From Oopsacas minuta (Eukaryota; Animalia; Porifera): 64,000 nucleotides of DNA. The position numbers and the translations under genes are program-made. Below the pieces are notes generated by a model that worked only from the letters and a program-made list of their open reading frames with translations, was not told the DNA's origin and did no database searches. The first letter of the stretch is position 1; the number at the start of each line of letters is the position of its first letter. Shown in pieces: positions 50,047-63,619 of this stretch. The DNA lies in the NCBI GenBank assembly GCA_024704765.1, contig JAKMXF010000099.1:196432-260431 (forward strand). Reading direction: 5' to 3'.

Positions 50047-51535
50047 TAGTGATCGACCGGGATCCCGGTTTAGTCCCAGTCCCGGGCAATCCCGGTCGTT
50101 TTCAGAGTCCCGGTAAATATTCATATTTTTTCCGGGATTCCTACCCAGGAATTAAGAACTCAAAAGTTGCTAACTGAAATACATGCACGTAGAACGAGAA
50201 ATATTCTTTATAATTGAACTTTCATTACATATTGTGAAGTGCTGCGACTGAGTATTTATAAATTGGAAGGCGATATCAGTTTAAACTTTTATATTATTAT
50301 GGATGGAAATCTATGTTTAACAAACACGTGAATTATGAATTCTGTTCTACTAAGACAACTAAACTAACGAAATGTATCTATTCATTGTCACTTTCTTCAG
50401 AGTCACTGCTTTCATTTTCTACTTGATAAATGCCACCATCCTGGTTTTCTTCCATCATTTCGATGGTTAATTCATTGGGTTGACTGAATGATTCCGGTGG
50501 CTGTGAAATCTGAGTGTCCCATCCAATAGCTCGCAGATTGTACTTTAAAAATAGTAATATTTCAGTGTTCGTAGGGAGTAGCCTGATTTGTCGATTGTTT
50601 GTGATTATTCCAGCTATACTAAATACTCTCTCTGATGTAGACGAGCTCGCTGGTGGTCAAAGATATTTTTTGGCCAAGAAACTTAAGATAGGAAACTGTT
50701 TTTCACTTACTTTCCAAAACATAAGACAGTCCCCATCAATGGGTATTCTTTTGCAGTTTGAGAAATATTCACTAAAATTATTTCTCAATATCACTTTTTC
50801 CTTGCAAACTTACATCTTCCTCATCCTCACTGAGAACACAGTCTTCCTATGAAAATGATCTAGGCTTATCGCCCTCATCCTCAACCGGATCAAAACTGTG
50901 TGGGGTAGGATCAGTTACTTTGGAGTTCCTTGAATTTGGAAAGTCTTTGCCAACACATTTTAGCCCTTGTTTAGCACTTTCAGGATTTTCTTTGTTTTGG
51001 AAAAACAATCCCTTATATCGTGGATCTAGTAGAGTTGCAAATGTGTGGACATCGCTTGTTTCAACGGTTACAAAATGGGCTCTGATATCGCCGCCCTCTA
51101 AATAGTTGTGGATGTTTTCTAATAATTTACTCTCCAACATGCCTGTTCCAAATTCATATACCTGTTCGAGCTCCATTTTCATTCGTTTTATGATAGGAAT
51201 GATATCTGAAATTGAAGCTTGATCACCTTCAACAAACAAAGTAGCAGTGTAAATAGGTTTAAGGAGTGTCATTAATTTCGGCATAATATCCCAGTCATTG
51301 GAGGTCAGTTTACAATCTGTGGATATTATTAGTTGAGCATCATCTTCAGCGGCTCTAATCACAATTTTTAGTTCCAAGCCCTTTCGAACATCAAATAATC
51401 GCTCTTCCATCTGGTTTGCACACAAAGAATCAAAGATTTTTCAGGAATACCCATTTCTTGATGGATTTTTCTTAAAATGCTATTTGCCTTTGGTTTGCAG
51501 AGTTTTTTATTAGTTTCTTGAGACGTTGTCTCATC
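50047..51535 (-). mobile_element. hAT Ac/ZBED1-like transposon 3' part
   Basis: ORF 50847-51425 (LLKP..ATL..EG, ATLLDPRYK); PPASSSTSERVFS dimerisation motif ~50650; terminus TAGTGATCGACC with CCCGG subterminal repeats. Confidence 0.85.
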
Positions 51536-52114
51536 AGCATCACACCACTTTGCTCTGATATCCCATGTTTTGTTCGTCGCCCCTCACCCATGATCGCTTC
51601 TTATACTTGCTATATGGTGTTGAATAGTACACCCACGTCTCGTCACCAGTAATAATCTCTGTTAAGCGTCTAGAATCGCAGTTCTCATAAGTTTCCAAGA
51701 GTTTCTTGGCAATATTCAGTCGTGCCAACCTTTGATCCTCACTGAGATTATGCGGACCCATTTCCCACAAATCGATTGGTAGCCAAGGTCAGTCGTCAGA
51801 ATTGTATGAATAGCTCCCGATGAAATCTCCTTACTTTGTTCTAACTGATTGACACTAATGCACTTGTCTTCCATGACCATACTTTGAATGGTGCGATATT
51901 CTCTGAAGTGGTGGCGGATAGCGGTCTTCCCTATCGAGGCAAATCTGTGACATCAGCATCACCAGATCTAAAACGGGCAGCCCATCGCTCTACAGTAGAT
52001 CTGGAATGGCAATCCACGCACAATATCTCCTGTAACTCGCTGAAGATCTGTACGGGCTGGATCTTGAGTATTGTGCGAAACTCTATGTAAGCTCGCCATT
52101 TGAGGTTGGAATTA
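51536..52114 (-). mobile_element. mariner fragment, same family as 62285-63619
   Basis: Near-identical to ~62495-63060 (STVERWAARF, RLTEIITGDETWVYYSTPYSKYKKRSWVRGDEQ). Confidence 0.92.
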
Positions 52115-54837
52115 CACTGCTCAACAAAAATTTTGTTGCATTTCTACCAACACTTGTTTTTACCTAATATTGGGGCGCTGAATCCGAATCCGACCTTAGT
52201 TTTTTTCCGCAAGCTCTAGATTTTTTGCAAATCGAGATTTTTAATTTTTTTGCACAAAATTCATATTTTTTGAAAAAGTGACATGATTTGTCAAATGATG
52301 TTCTGCTTACAGTTGAATAACTAGCCTCAAAACAAAAATAGGTGCCAAAAAACTTTTATGTTGCCAATAGAAATTGTATTTGTAGACAGATGGGAAACAG
52401 ATGTTTTAAAAAATGTAAAAAACAACAGTTTTGCTGGTAATATGCATGTAAAAATTGATTTTTTTTTGCAAAATAACGTAGAAAAGAACGATGGCAATCT
52501 ACAATAGTAACTTAAAGCGATCAATGACAAGATGCAAAAGATTCAAATATTCTACAAATCTGGACAAAATTTCCTTTTATAACTTCTGCGTTTGTACGCT
52601 TTGTGAGGACAGTCACGTTTAATGCCCCAACAATAGTCTGCCATCATATGTCGATCCCATCGACCTTGGTAACGTTCTTCCACTGTCATAAGATCCTGGT
52701 GGAAACGCTCTCCCTGTTCGTCACTAACAGCCCCAAGGTTTTCAGGGAATTTGTCCAGGTGGCTGTACAGAAAATGTACTTTTATGCTCATGTTGCATCC
52801 CAAATCACGAAACCCTGAGAGCATCTTGGATACAAGCATTTCATAGTTTGGAGCTTTTCTGTTGCCAAGAAAATTCTGTATAACATCCACAAAAGATAGC
52901 CATGCAGCTTTCTCCCTGACATTCATTTTCTGAATGAAGTTTTTGTCGCGAATAAGTGTACGTATCTGTGGTCCATCAAACACTCCTGCTTTGATTTTAT
53001 CATATGACAAAGCAGGGAAAGTATACACAAGATGATGAAAGGATTCATTGTCAGGATTTAGGGCTTTAACGAACTGTTTCATCAGACCTAGCTTGATGTG
53101 CAGGGGTGGAAAAACAATTTTGTCTCTGCTTACGATCGGGTCGTGTGTTACGTTAGGCATGCCAGCTTGAAATGTTTCACGTAAGGGCCACTCCTTCTGT
53201 ATCCAATGTTTTTCACGTGCTCTGCTGTCCCACATGCACAGATAACATGGAAATTTAGTGTATCCTTTTTGCTGACCTAGCAGAAAACTAACCATTTTGA
53301 GGTCAACACAAATGATCCAGTTGTGATCATGATATCCGAGTAAATCCATAACAATTCTAATGTCATCATGCTGTTCCTTCAAGACAAGTGGAGTGACCAA
53401 CTGGAACAGCTCCATAAACATTTCCATTGTGTAAAAGAACACACTTGAGGCTGCGCTTGGAACTGTCCAAAAACAATCGCCATTCTCCTGGATCATATGA
53501 GGAGATACCCAGTTGTCCGAGAAGACCAGGAATATCGTTGCAATATACCAGCTTATTTTCCACTGAAAAATAGGGTAGAAGGAGTTCTTCTCTTTTTCGA
53601 AAAAAGGAAACCTTTACAGATTGATCCAGCACCTGTTTTTCTTTGAGCCTGGAGGCTAAGAGCTCAGCTGCTTGCTTGGGCAGATCTAAATCACGTACTA
53701 AGTCATTCAGTTCTGATTGATTAAACTGCTTGGACAGTTACTCTGGTTTCACGAGAAGAATCTTCAGATTCTGATTCTGTGTCTGTTTTTTGATATTCCA
53801 TTTCTACGAGCTCTTCCCTTTCCAATTTAGTTTCTCCATCATCAGGAAAAGCAAAACCACTAAAGACCGGAGGAGGAAGTCTATCAGAGTGCGGGACAGG
53901 TCGCATAGCTGATGGTATACTAGGATAAGAAAGCGTTTGTCGGCTCTTCTTGCCAACACCTTTTGTATTGACCATGCAAAAGTAGCAGTCAGTCGTGTGG
54001 TCTTGGGGTTCACGCCACACCATTGGAATGGCAAAAGGCAGACCCTTCCGCTTTCCTTTTGTCCAGTCTCGGAGCATTTCCTCGCAGTTATGGCACACAA
54101 TATGAGGAGACCATTTCTTATCTTAATCACCAAGAGGGATACCAAAGTATGCTATGTAGGCACGCTTCACAAACGATGTTATATTTCGTCTTTGACGCGA
54201 AAGCGTATACACACCACAGATGTAACAAAATGAATCAGGGTTATTTTTGCATTTATGTCTACTAGAAGAAGCCATGATCAAATCTGAAGAGTTAAGAATC
54301 GAAAGAAAGTCTGTTGATATCTATGTAACTTAACACAAACAAACTGAATAACAAAACCTTGGTTCTAATTAAGGCTCCAGCAGACGAGCGGAAAAATACA
54401 GCTTAAATGCCTATTCTGCTGCATCTATCCACGATACTTCACTACAATCACTTAGGGTTGTTTGAATTAAATCATTTCAAAAAAATCAACATGATGATTT
54501 TTGATTTATTTAAATTTTGACACTTCGCTAATAGTGTCATGTTTTCAGAGAACAATAGAGTGGTGCTCTTGTTTTCAATAGATTGAAGCCATTACTAAAT
54601 CATAGTAACAGCTACAATCTAAGAAAAATGGCTTGATAGATAAAAAGTATTTGGTGGAGATCAGATTTATGTACTAAATAAGTACCACAAACGAAAAAAT
54701 TTAAATTGTCGATTGCATGAAAACTAGAGCATGCAGAAAGAAACTGATTGCAGATTTGAAATCAGCATCCCAAAATTATATAGAATCAATTGAAAAATCT
54801 CATGCAACAAAAAATGAAAAAAAATTGTTGAGCAGTG
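52115..54837 (-). mobile_element. Chapaev3-like (CMC) transposon, full length, ORF about 54275-52552 with few lesions
   Basis: TIRs CACTGCTCAACAA..TTTTGTTGCAT at both ends; flanks TTA and TAA; motifs CKNNPDSFCYICG, GVFDGPQIR, KVHFLYSH, SDEQGERFHQD, MMADYCW. Confidence 0.92.
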
Positions 54838-54862
54838 TAATCAACCATTTCTACCCTTTTTC

Positions 54863-55260
54863 ATTGGCTCAAGAGCTAACTTTACCTAACTCTTATCTTG
54901 ACTTTTCGAAGATATTGAAAGACAACAACAATAACTGTATCTCGACGACACTCAGTATCTTTGACGGAACTTTCAAATGGACTTCGAAGAAAGGAAACGA
55001 TTGGAAGCAACGCACCTCCGAATAAGAAGCACGATCAGGAAGGCAAAGTAATCGCTAAATTGCTCAGAGGGAGACTGGTGACATTGTGGCGTATTCATGG
55101 AACCAGAGTTGAAGAGGAACCGCTTTTATGTTACCATTGAGCTGTACTCAGATGACGAAGTAGTCATATCCACACTCTCTGCAACCATAGGAAGAGTATT
55201 GACAATCTCACGATGCAAAAGAACGCTCACGACTTCGACATTCAATGAATCCATATTATG
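54863..55260 (+). pseudogene. RAG1-like transposase relic C (N-terminal fragment only)
   Basis: AQELTLPNSYLDFSKILKDNNNNC, EPELKRNR and HRKSIDNLTMQ parallel relic B (LTFPKSRLELARILKDNNNC, KPELKKNR, HRKHLDDFSLQ). Cut off by the Tigger at 55261. Confidence 0.7.
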
Positions 55261-55262
55261 TA

Positions 55263-57302
55263 CAGTAATCTCCCGCTTAAGTACACAACTTGATCCGGAG
55301 TGGCGAGTGCAGTACTTAGCAAAATTAGCCCAATTTTCCGTCCTGTTTACTTAACAATAGAGATAACAGTACTTGAAAATAGGTATTGTTTGTTAAACAA
55401 GTACAGCCTGTCACCAGCGATAGAAAATCTTTTAGGTTCATTATACAGTACAGTTTTTTTTTATTGCATAATGTCAGGAAAAGGCAAAGGCAAAGGCAAG
55501 AGTTTGAATGAATCACAGATATTGAACATCATTGCCTTTTAAGTGAGCCAACTCCTCCAAGTAAGCGAAGTCTTCCACGAGAGTATGAAGTCAGTGAAGG
55601 CGCTATCCGAAGGGTTTGGGAGAACAGAGAAGTTATTCGAAAACGTTCTGCTCTGTTGTCCCAGGAGACTAAAACAAACAAGTTTCGAGGTTCTGTTTGT
55701 CGATTTTCGGACCTGGAAGACATGTTATACCTTTGGATTGATGGCATGCTTCGTGCTAACCTGCCTGTTCCACCCTCTCTGGCCATCGCGAAAGCAAAGC
55801 AAATCGCTGAACAGTTATCGATTTCGGAGGATGATTTAAAGCATCATGGCAGTAGCTTAGCCGATTTAGAGAACGTCAAGGACTTCAGAAACTTCTACTT
55901 CATGGTGAAGGAGCGGAAGTAGACGTACAGGACCCGGAACTTTTAGCTGCGTTGAATAGCTTGTATGATATAATCGCGTAGAAAGAACCTGAAAATGTTT
56001 ACAACATGGATGAAACAGGATTATTTTTCGGCTGCTACCCAGATATACTCTGCTTATGCCGTTTGAAGATGTCAGCAGCACCGGAGTAAAAAAGAAAGTA
56101 AAGACCAATTGTCGCTGGTTGTTTGTGCGAATGCCACAGGAACGCATAAAATTCAATGCACATTGATCGGGATACCGAAATCTCCGGCCTGTATAAAGAA
56201 TCGGGTCTGGCCGTTGAAGTACTTTAGCCATGGCAATGCGTGGATGGACGTTAACACGTGTTGGAAGTGGTTAATGAAGAGTTTTGTCCTGAAGTGAAAA
56301 AGAGAACAGGACGTCGGGTTCTGTTGTTAATGGGCAATGCTCCAGGCCATTTTCAAGCTTTTGAAGGGAATAACGTCAGAGTAGTATTCTTCCCCCCAAA
56401 TTGTACGAGCTGGAAACAACCATGTGATATGGGAATCATCGCAGCACTGAAAAAGAGGTACAAATATTTGTATCTCAAGGACGTTCTTGATTTTCACGAT
56501 CTTCATGAAGACTTCAAAGCCCGAAAAGAAGAGCGAGCGAAAAGGCTCCCTAGAGAAGCTGCTGGTGTTGTTTATGGTAAACCTGCTCATCTGCTAGATG
56601 CCACTTTTTATGTTAAGCATGCATGGGATTTAATATCTGACAAGTCAATAAGCAACTCATTCATCAAGTTTGAGTTCGGCACTTTAACATTGCAAGGTAG
56701 CGTTGATGAGGTCGACGCGATGTCTGATGTTCTGCAAAGATTCAGGTCTTTGAATATTGTGATTGAAGAAGATGAACTCAATGAATTCATGCATGTTAAC
56801 GACGAGAACAACGAAGAGTATTCGCAGGCGATGTTAGACGATGTTAATGAGGTATTGGCTACAATGCATACAGAAAATGATGACTCTGACGACGATAGTG
56901 ACGACAAAAGCAACGCTTCTGCACCAATCGAGAATGAAATGATATTCAACGGCTTTGAACAACTTTACCGTAAATTACTCGAAGTTGAGGACCAGTTGTT
57001 GAGCACCGATGTGCAAGCTCAAGCGGGAGATGCTTATGGTGATCTAAAAGATACTTTCAAAATTTTTCAGCGTAAACTGCGACAAGTGGCATCTGAAGCT
57101 AAACGCAAAAGAGCACAAAACATGCGTCAGCTGCGATGCATGATATGATTAAACAGTGAGTAACTTTAGCAAAGTGGACTTTTTAGTTTTTGATGGGGCA
57201 TTTTATATGTTTTTCAATAATTTGTTGAGAAAGTTGAACACAGAATTTCTGACAAATTTTTGCGTACTTAATCGGGATGCCTACTTAAGCGGGAGGATAC
57301 TG
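55263..57302 (+). mobile_element. Tigger/pogo (TIGD/jerky-like) transposon, full length, ORF about 55471-57150 with frameshifts
   Basis: TIRs CAGTA(AT/TC)CTCCCGCTTAAGTA; TA TSD; psq-like HTH, CENP-B HTH (LEDMLYLWI), YNMDETGLF, FFPPNCTSWKQPCDMGII. Confidence 0.95.
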
Positions 57303-58084
57303 TACACACTCGAAGAACCTTTGCTGAATATATATGTCTTTAACACTTAGAACAAGTGGATTATTCCCGATGACATAGTGGTACAACATCAACATTTTCC
57401 ATTTACTTTTGCAAAAATTTAGGAGAATACTCAGGTTTAGAAATTTTCTTTTCGAAAGGTATGAATTTTTACCTTTCCTTTCATAATTTTTGTACGCGAC
57501 CAGCCAAAAGTTCGATCTGTCTGAAATTGTGGAACTAAGCGTCCATTCGAATCGCTAAGTGGAGAAACACAGCCGTTAAATATTTTCAATATACGTATAC
57601 ATACGCTTCTTATCATATAGTACCCTCAATCTTGGCCAGTTTTCCGCAGAAGACACAGAAAACAGTAGGAGATATAATATAGGCAACACTTCGAGTCTGG
57701 CCTACCAATAGTAGTCAACACAATTTTCAGTCATAACTTTTATTCATAGCAACATGAATAAGGTTGAATGTTGATGTATGCACTCGATCTTACTTCTTTT
57801 TATTTCACGATTTACAAACAAGGTGCAGGATTTGACTATATGGTTAGCCAAAATTTCTGACAAGTCCCAAATTATTTTGACATATACATGCAGGCCGTAG
57901 CATGCAGTTTTCTATTGCTCAGGTTGACTTAGACAAAATATATGGAGCCCCAAAGTTGCTCCGGAGAACTAACACTAAGTGCCTTTACTATTAGCCAAAA
58001 ATGTTGTTCGGTTTTAAAATGACCAACCTGACAGTGTCCTACGTCTATGCATATGTTGGAATATTATTTCATATATAGAATCTA

Positions 58085-59424
58085 CATGGTGTAACATATT
58101 GATGACTTACAGAAAAAATATTGATGAATTAGGGTTAGATGAATCCACTGCCCAATCTATTTTCCTATATATCCGCCTTTATATTGAGACATGTTTTAAT
58201 CCTTTCGGGCATACCACTTACTCAGATTGTCGAGAATTTCAGGGGAAATCTGAGACCATGCCAGTTTCGGCTGTTTTCAAACATATTTAGATTGGTTGCT
58301 ACTTCCATTTCATTAATTTGCTTTGGATGATGGCCCATAAATTCTCTATTGGGTTTAGGTCTGAGGAGTTGCCTGGCCAAATACCTTCCTCACAAAAGGA
58401 ATCCACATTGTCTTTACACCAATCTTGGGTCTTTATGGCATTATGAGCTGGTGCCCCGTCCTGCTGAAAGATGCACCTGGACATGTTTGGGAGTAATCTT
58501 CTGACTAGAACAGATCCAGTCTTCCTTTTCCTCCTTAGTACGATCTTCAGACACTTCTTCAGTATTTCTTCGATATAATATTTTGCAGTAACTCTACAGG
58601 ACTTAGGTATAATATGTAGTTCTGATATCGCATTGTATGACATCATTCCCCAAACATGTATCTTAGAAGGAAATATAATTTTCTCATGAGGAGCCACTGA
58701 TTCTTTCTTCCTTGCCCATACACGATCATTTTGTCTATTAGGTATGTGCAATAATTCATAGGGGGATTCATCAGAAAATAACACCATACGCCAATCTTGA
58801 ACAGTCCAATTAACTCTCTGTTTACAGAAAGAAATCCGATCTTTAATTTGTTATTCGGATAATCTTGGCTGAAGCGGTCTTTTATAACTAGTTGCTTCAA
58901 CAGAATTATTGAGATACATTTGGACAGTCATATGTGATGCTATAATACCCTTAGACTTAAGTTTTCTCGGCAATTTTCTTGTAGATTGGTGTTTCTTTGT
59001 TAGTGACTTGGAAATGATGATCTTTCCAATATTTGGTAAGGAACCTTCCGTCCTCTACCACGTTTATTTTCCAATGAGATTCCCTTCTGGTATTGGATCC
59101 ACCATCGTCCTACAGTACGCAAGGATGGTCCAAGTAAATTGTAAAGGCGTCTCTGTGTCATCCCACCTAATAACATCCCTACAGCCTGGTTTCTAATATT
59201 GATCTTGTGCTCTTTGACCATGATATTGCTAAGATATTAGGGAGCATAAACTGCTAATCAGTGATGAAACAGAATTGCATAATAAGATAAAATGGAAAAT
59301 CCTAAATAACGAAAGACTTGGCGATATAATCTCGAACTAATAATATATATAGCAAGATGGGAGAAGTGATTAAAACAGAATTTCAGCAGTTCAGATAATG
59401 TCAATTTTGCATGTTATAATTATG
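58085..59424 (-). mobile_element. Tc1-like DD37E transposon, degenerate
   Basis: LFSDES, QQDGAPAH followed by 37 residues to SSDLNPIE (ORF 58299-58787); HTH in ORF 59000-59221; left TIR CATGGTGTAACAT after TA. Right TIR is heavily degenerate, so that boundary is inferred. Confidence 0.88.
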
Positions 59425-61439
59425 GGTGAAATACAAAATCCATTTTAAGTAATCCATGGTAGGAAATTCTACGTACAATTGTCAGGCCTTATAATACGTA
59501 GGTCATGGTGTAGGGAAATTACTATGGGACACTAGACCAGAAAACAAGTACACTACAAGACCAGGATCGATATCAGCATTGGCACCAGATATTGACCAAT
59601 AATCGAAACATCTGATAATGAGGAATCGGATACTATCGTTACGCTGAGTGTAGACGTGGACCAAACAGCCAAAGAGTTCGAAGAAGAAACAATCCACTCA
59701 ATAAAAAAATTTATGGAATAAATTCAAGTTGCGAAGGGAGTACAAAAGACAACACCGCGGAAAATATGGGAGACGGTGAAGCAAAGTATAAAAGAGTTAG
59801 ACTTTCAGGATGATGCAGGGAATTTATGAAAACTTAATATAGAACAAACAGCACCATATATGCGAAAATATTGGGATGTCACATTTTCTCAATGAATTCT
59901 ATGCACAAGAAAACAGAAAACGCCATTGGAACTGACAATCAAGCAGCAGATTAATCAATATACTCAAATTTGATTACGTGAAATATCACTACAATTTTTA
60001 TTAATTAATAGAAAATCACGTCAATTGTCTATAATCAATGTACAGAGATCCAATGTTAAGTAAGGTGGAAACTTAAGTTCTTAAATAACCTATATTATAG
60101 CAAAATGGGATCATTAGGGTGGAAAATATTTGATCTCCACTGTATCTAAAAATCTCCAAATTTCAGTATAATTATCATGGCTATATGCCCCATGATCCTG
60201 GTCATATGTCCTATTATACCGGCTATATATCCAATTATCCTGGCGATATGTATAATTGTTATGTCAATCCTCGAGGCTAATGTTTGCAATTCAGTTTATC
60301 TTGGCATTCATAAGTCATAAAAGGGGGCAGGAGGAGCAGCACCTATTAATAAAACTAGGGCCGAGTACCACAGACCCACAGTTATCTTCAGCTCGGCGTT
60401 TCATAGATTGATTGTGTTTACAATGAATGAGATTATTTATTAAACAGATTCATTCGCAAGTTATTACAAAAACAAAATGTTAATTCAACCCGATGTATAT
60501 TCTATCAGGTAATGGTTTAAAGTGTTTATCATAATTATTCTGCATGTAAATGTATAAAATATAAATAGACAAGACGTTATTTATGTAATCCTGGATAGTT
60601 CTTATATACTCCATGAATTATTCCCAATAATAGTGCTAAAGAGCCAATCTACCATAAAGGATTATTTCGCAACCTCTGCATCTCACTCTGATACCCTAAC
60701 TTTCCAGATGCAGCTCTATCCCAGCAAATTGATTCCTTAGGAGATATAACTTGTAATTTTTCGCAGATGTGTGTCTACCCAAGAAGGAGCACCCAGAACT
60801 AAGAAATACCGTGATAACAACATGATCATATAAGGATCAAATAGGACTAAAACATATTTTCTGTCGTTTGCGAAAATCGATCTATGCTGGCTATTTGGTT
60901 TTACAAAGTCAATTGGTTGCGCTTAATTACTCGTGATGGGACATTTAAATATAGCGTTTACCAGCCATTGATTTAACATTTTGTAAGGATACAGTAGACA
61001 GTACAGTTGGGAGGAAGGGCTGAATACCGAAAAGGTCAAACAGCATTAAACAATTACCAACAATCAATAGTTCATGTAATGTAGAATTTATACCTAAAAG
61101 CAAGTTGTCTTGATACGAAATTTATTATTTTTTCATCAAGCATTAAGAATTAAAAATATGAACTCTATATAACAGCTAAAAATATATCGTTCCCAAGTAT
61201 CGTATTGATTGACAGCAATTTAAAACCTGAGCAACACAAGAATCGCATAGCACTACGCTCAATATTTGATTCAATACGATATTGTGAATATCCAGGACTT
61301 GCTTTAAGAGGATATGGTAACGAGAAAGATTGTGATATCTATGGCATCTAATCTCTAATCTGAAGGTACATTACAAAATTATACATAAGTTCCAAATAAC
61401 TATAATTATCAGTAAGCATTCGAACCGGGCTCCCTGTCT

Positions 61440-62100
61440 ATAATGTATCTAGTAGATTCTTCTTGCAACTCTTAGACTTCTTAGGATTTTAGTGGATGGG
61501 GTTTCTATCAACCTGGTCAAATGATCAATCATGCTCAAAATAAGTTTGTAGCCATTTGATTCGATAAGTAGACCAGTTAGATTCATTCCTACACCTACAC
61601 ACCACCATACCTTTGTAATGATTGGTGAAGGTTCCAGAGAAATAGTAGGATTTTCAAACTTGATTGGTTCTTTTGCTAGCGAACTCATCTAGTGACATAA
61701 GTTTCAAAATCTTAGTACATACTGAGCCAATGATAACGGTATTTTGCTATGTTACAAGTGTTCTAGAACATTGGTGCCCAGAATTATCTTGAATCTCTAT
61801 GAGAATTTCCTCAAGCTCATAGCATCTGGTAACAAATAACTGCATCCTGCTAAGAATCTAATTCGTACCTCTGAGCTCTCATGAAAATCGTTCTCTTCTA
61901 TTGCTTAGTAGAAACTACAGTGTGTGATTTTGAATCTAGGTAATTTGAAATTATTTCATACTCGATTGAGTCCATACTACTGTAGAAGGCATTATATTTA
62001 TGTCCACTGTGTTTCTTTAGCTACTGACAAAGCTTTTATGCTTCTCTAAACTCCTAAAGTATACAAACTCACCAATACATTAAATTCAACTATTACAGGC
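61440..62100 (-). pseudogene. Ginger/Gypsy-type integrase N-terminal relic
   Basis: RYHWLSMY.D..TYV; PSPIITKVW..VG.NL.G.LIESNGYKLIL..IDHLT..IE. Confidence 0.6.
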
Positions 62101-62284
62101 TCTGAGAGATTTCTGAGAGACTGAAGAATAGTATCTAACGACTGATATGTGACAGCTTGGAGAAGTTTCCCTTTATTTGAATGAATTACTTTTCATTCGA
62201 AACTGTTTCAACCCAAAAATTGTTACAAAACATGTGGTGGCGCCCTAAGGGCCGCCATCCCAACTTTACGCGAATAAGCATATA

Positions 62285-63619
62285 TGAGGACGTTCAATAA
62301 GTCTTCGGGTCATGATATATCTTAGGAATTAGTCAGGTAATATATCTACCTTTCATATATTATGAGCCCGTATAGTTAAACTCCATATAAGTACTGAAAG
62401 TTTCAAGCTTATTCGATACAAATTACGAATTTTTGAGATAGTACGTATAGTCAATTTACACCCACTGTTGAATTTATTGCTTCAAAGGATGATAATTTCA
62501 ACCTCAAATGGCGAACTTACATAGAGTTTCGCACAATACTCAAGATCCAGCTCATAATGATCCTCAGCGAGTTACAGGAGATATAGTTGCGTGGATTGCA
62601 CTTCCAGATCTACTGTAGAGCGATGGGTTGCCCGTTTTAGATCTGGTGATCCAGATGTCACAGATTCTTCTCTATATGGAAGACCGGTATCAGCAACCAC
62701 TTCAGAGATTATCGCACTCATTGAAAGCCTGGTCATAGAAGACAAGTGCATTAGTGTCAATCAGTTAGAACAAAGTATGGAGATTTCGTCGGGAGTTATT
62801 CATACAATTCTGACGACTGAGCTTGGCGACCGATCGATTTGTGGGAAATGGGTCCCGCCTAAGCTCAGTGAGAATCAAAGGTTGGCACGACTGAGTATTG
62901 CCAAGAAACTCTTGGAAACTTATGAGAACTGCGATTCTAGACGCTTAACAGAGATTATTACTGGTGACGAGACGTGGGTGTACTATTCAACACCATATAG
63001 CAAGTATAAGAAGCGATCATGGGTGAGGGGCGACGAACAACCGGTGAAAATTCCGAGGCCGACTTCAGAAAACCTAAGATTATGTATACCATCTCTTTCA
63101 GTAGTCATGGAATTGTCCTGCAATTACCTTGTGAGAGTGGCAAGGCTGTTACTGTACTTTCTTTACAAAACAAGTGCTTCCAAATTTGATAAAAATATAG
63201 AAAATAACTGCCCGACAACCGGAACTCGAGGAATGAAGATTTTAATTGATAACGCCAGTTCCCATACAGCTAAGCTTACCAAAGATTTCTTCGATGTAGA
63301 AGGGTTATAATTACTCCCCCATCCACCATACTTACCAGACCTAGCTCCATGTGATTTTTGGCTATTCCCCAAGCTTAAAATCTACCTTCAAGGCAAAGAT
63401 TTTAACACATTACAAGCACTCGGAACGGGCTTATACCAGTACTTCAAATCCATCCCCGAAGAAGAGTACAGAAATGTGTTTTACACATGGGTGGAAAGGT
63501 TAAAACTTTATGTATCTGGAGGAGGGGATTACTTCGAATAAATAATATAGTGAATTAGTGTGTATGGAGTTGGTATCATATTCTATGATATCACCCGCAA
63601 GACTTGTTGAACGCCCCAG
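62285..63619 (+). mobile_element. mariner (DD34D) transposon, full length, few lesions
   Basis: TIRs ..G(A/G)CGTTCAA(T/C)AAGTCTT(G)CGGGT; TA TSD; ORF 62591-63310 (KWVP, ITGDETW, IDNASSH), then PPYLPDLAPCDFWLF. Confidence 0.95.

Noticed and set aside
54283-54320. Second CTGAAGA...GAAA hammerhead-like string
   Set aside because: Stems I and III cannot form; it lies in the Chapaev3 5' UTR.
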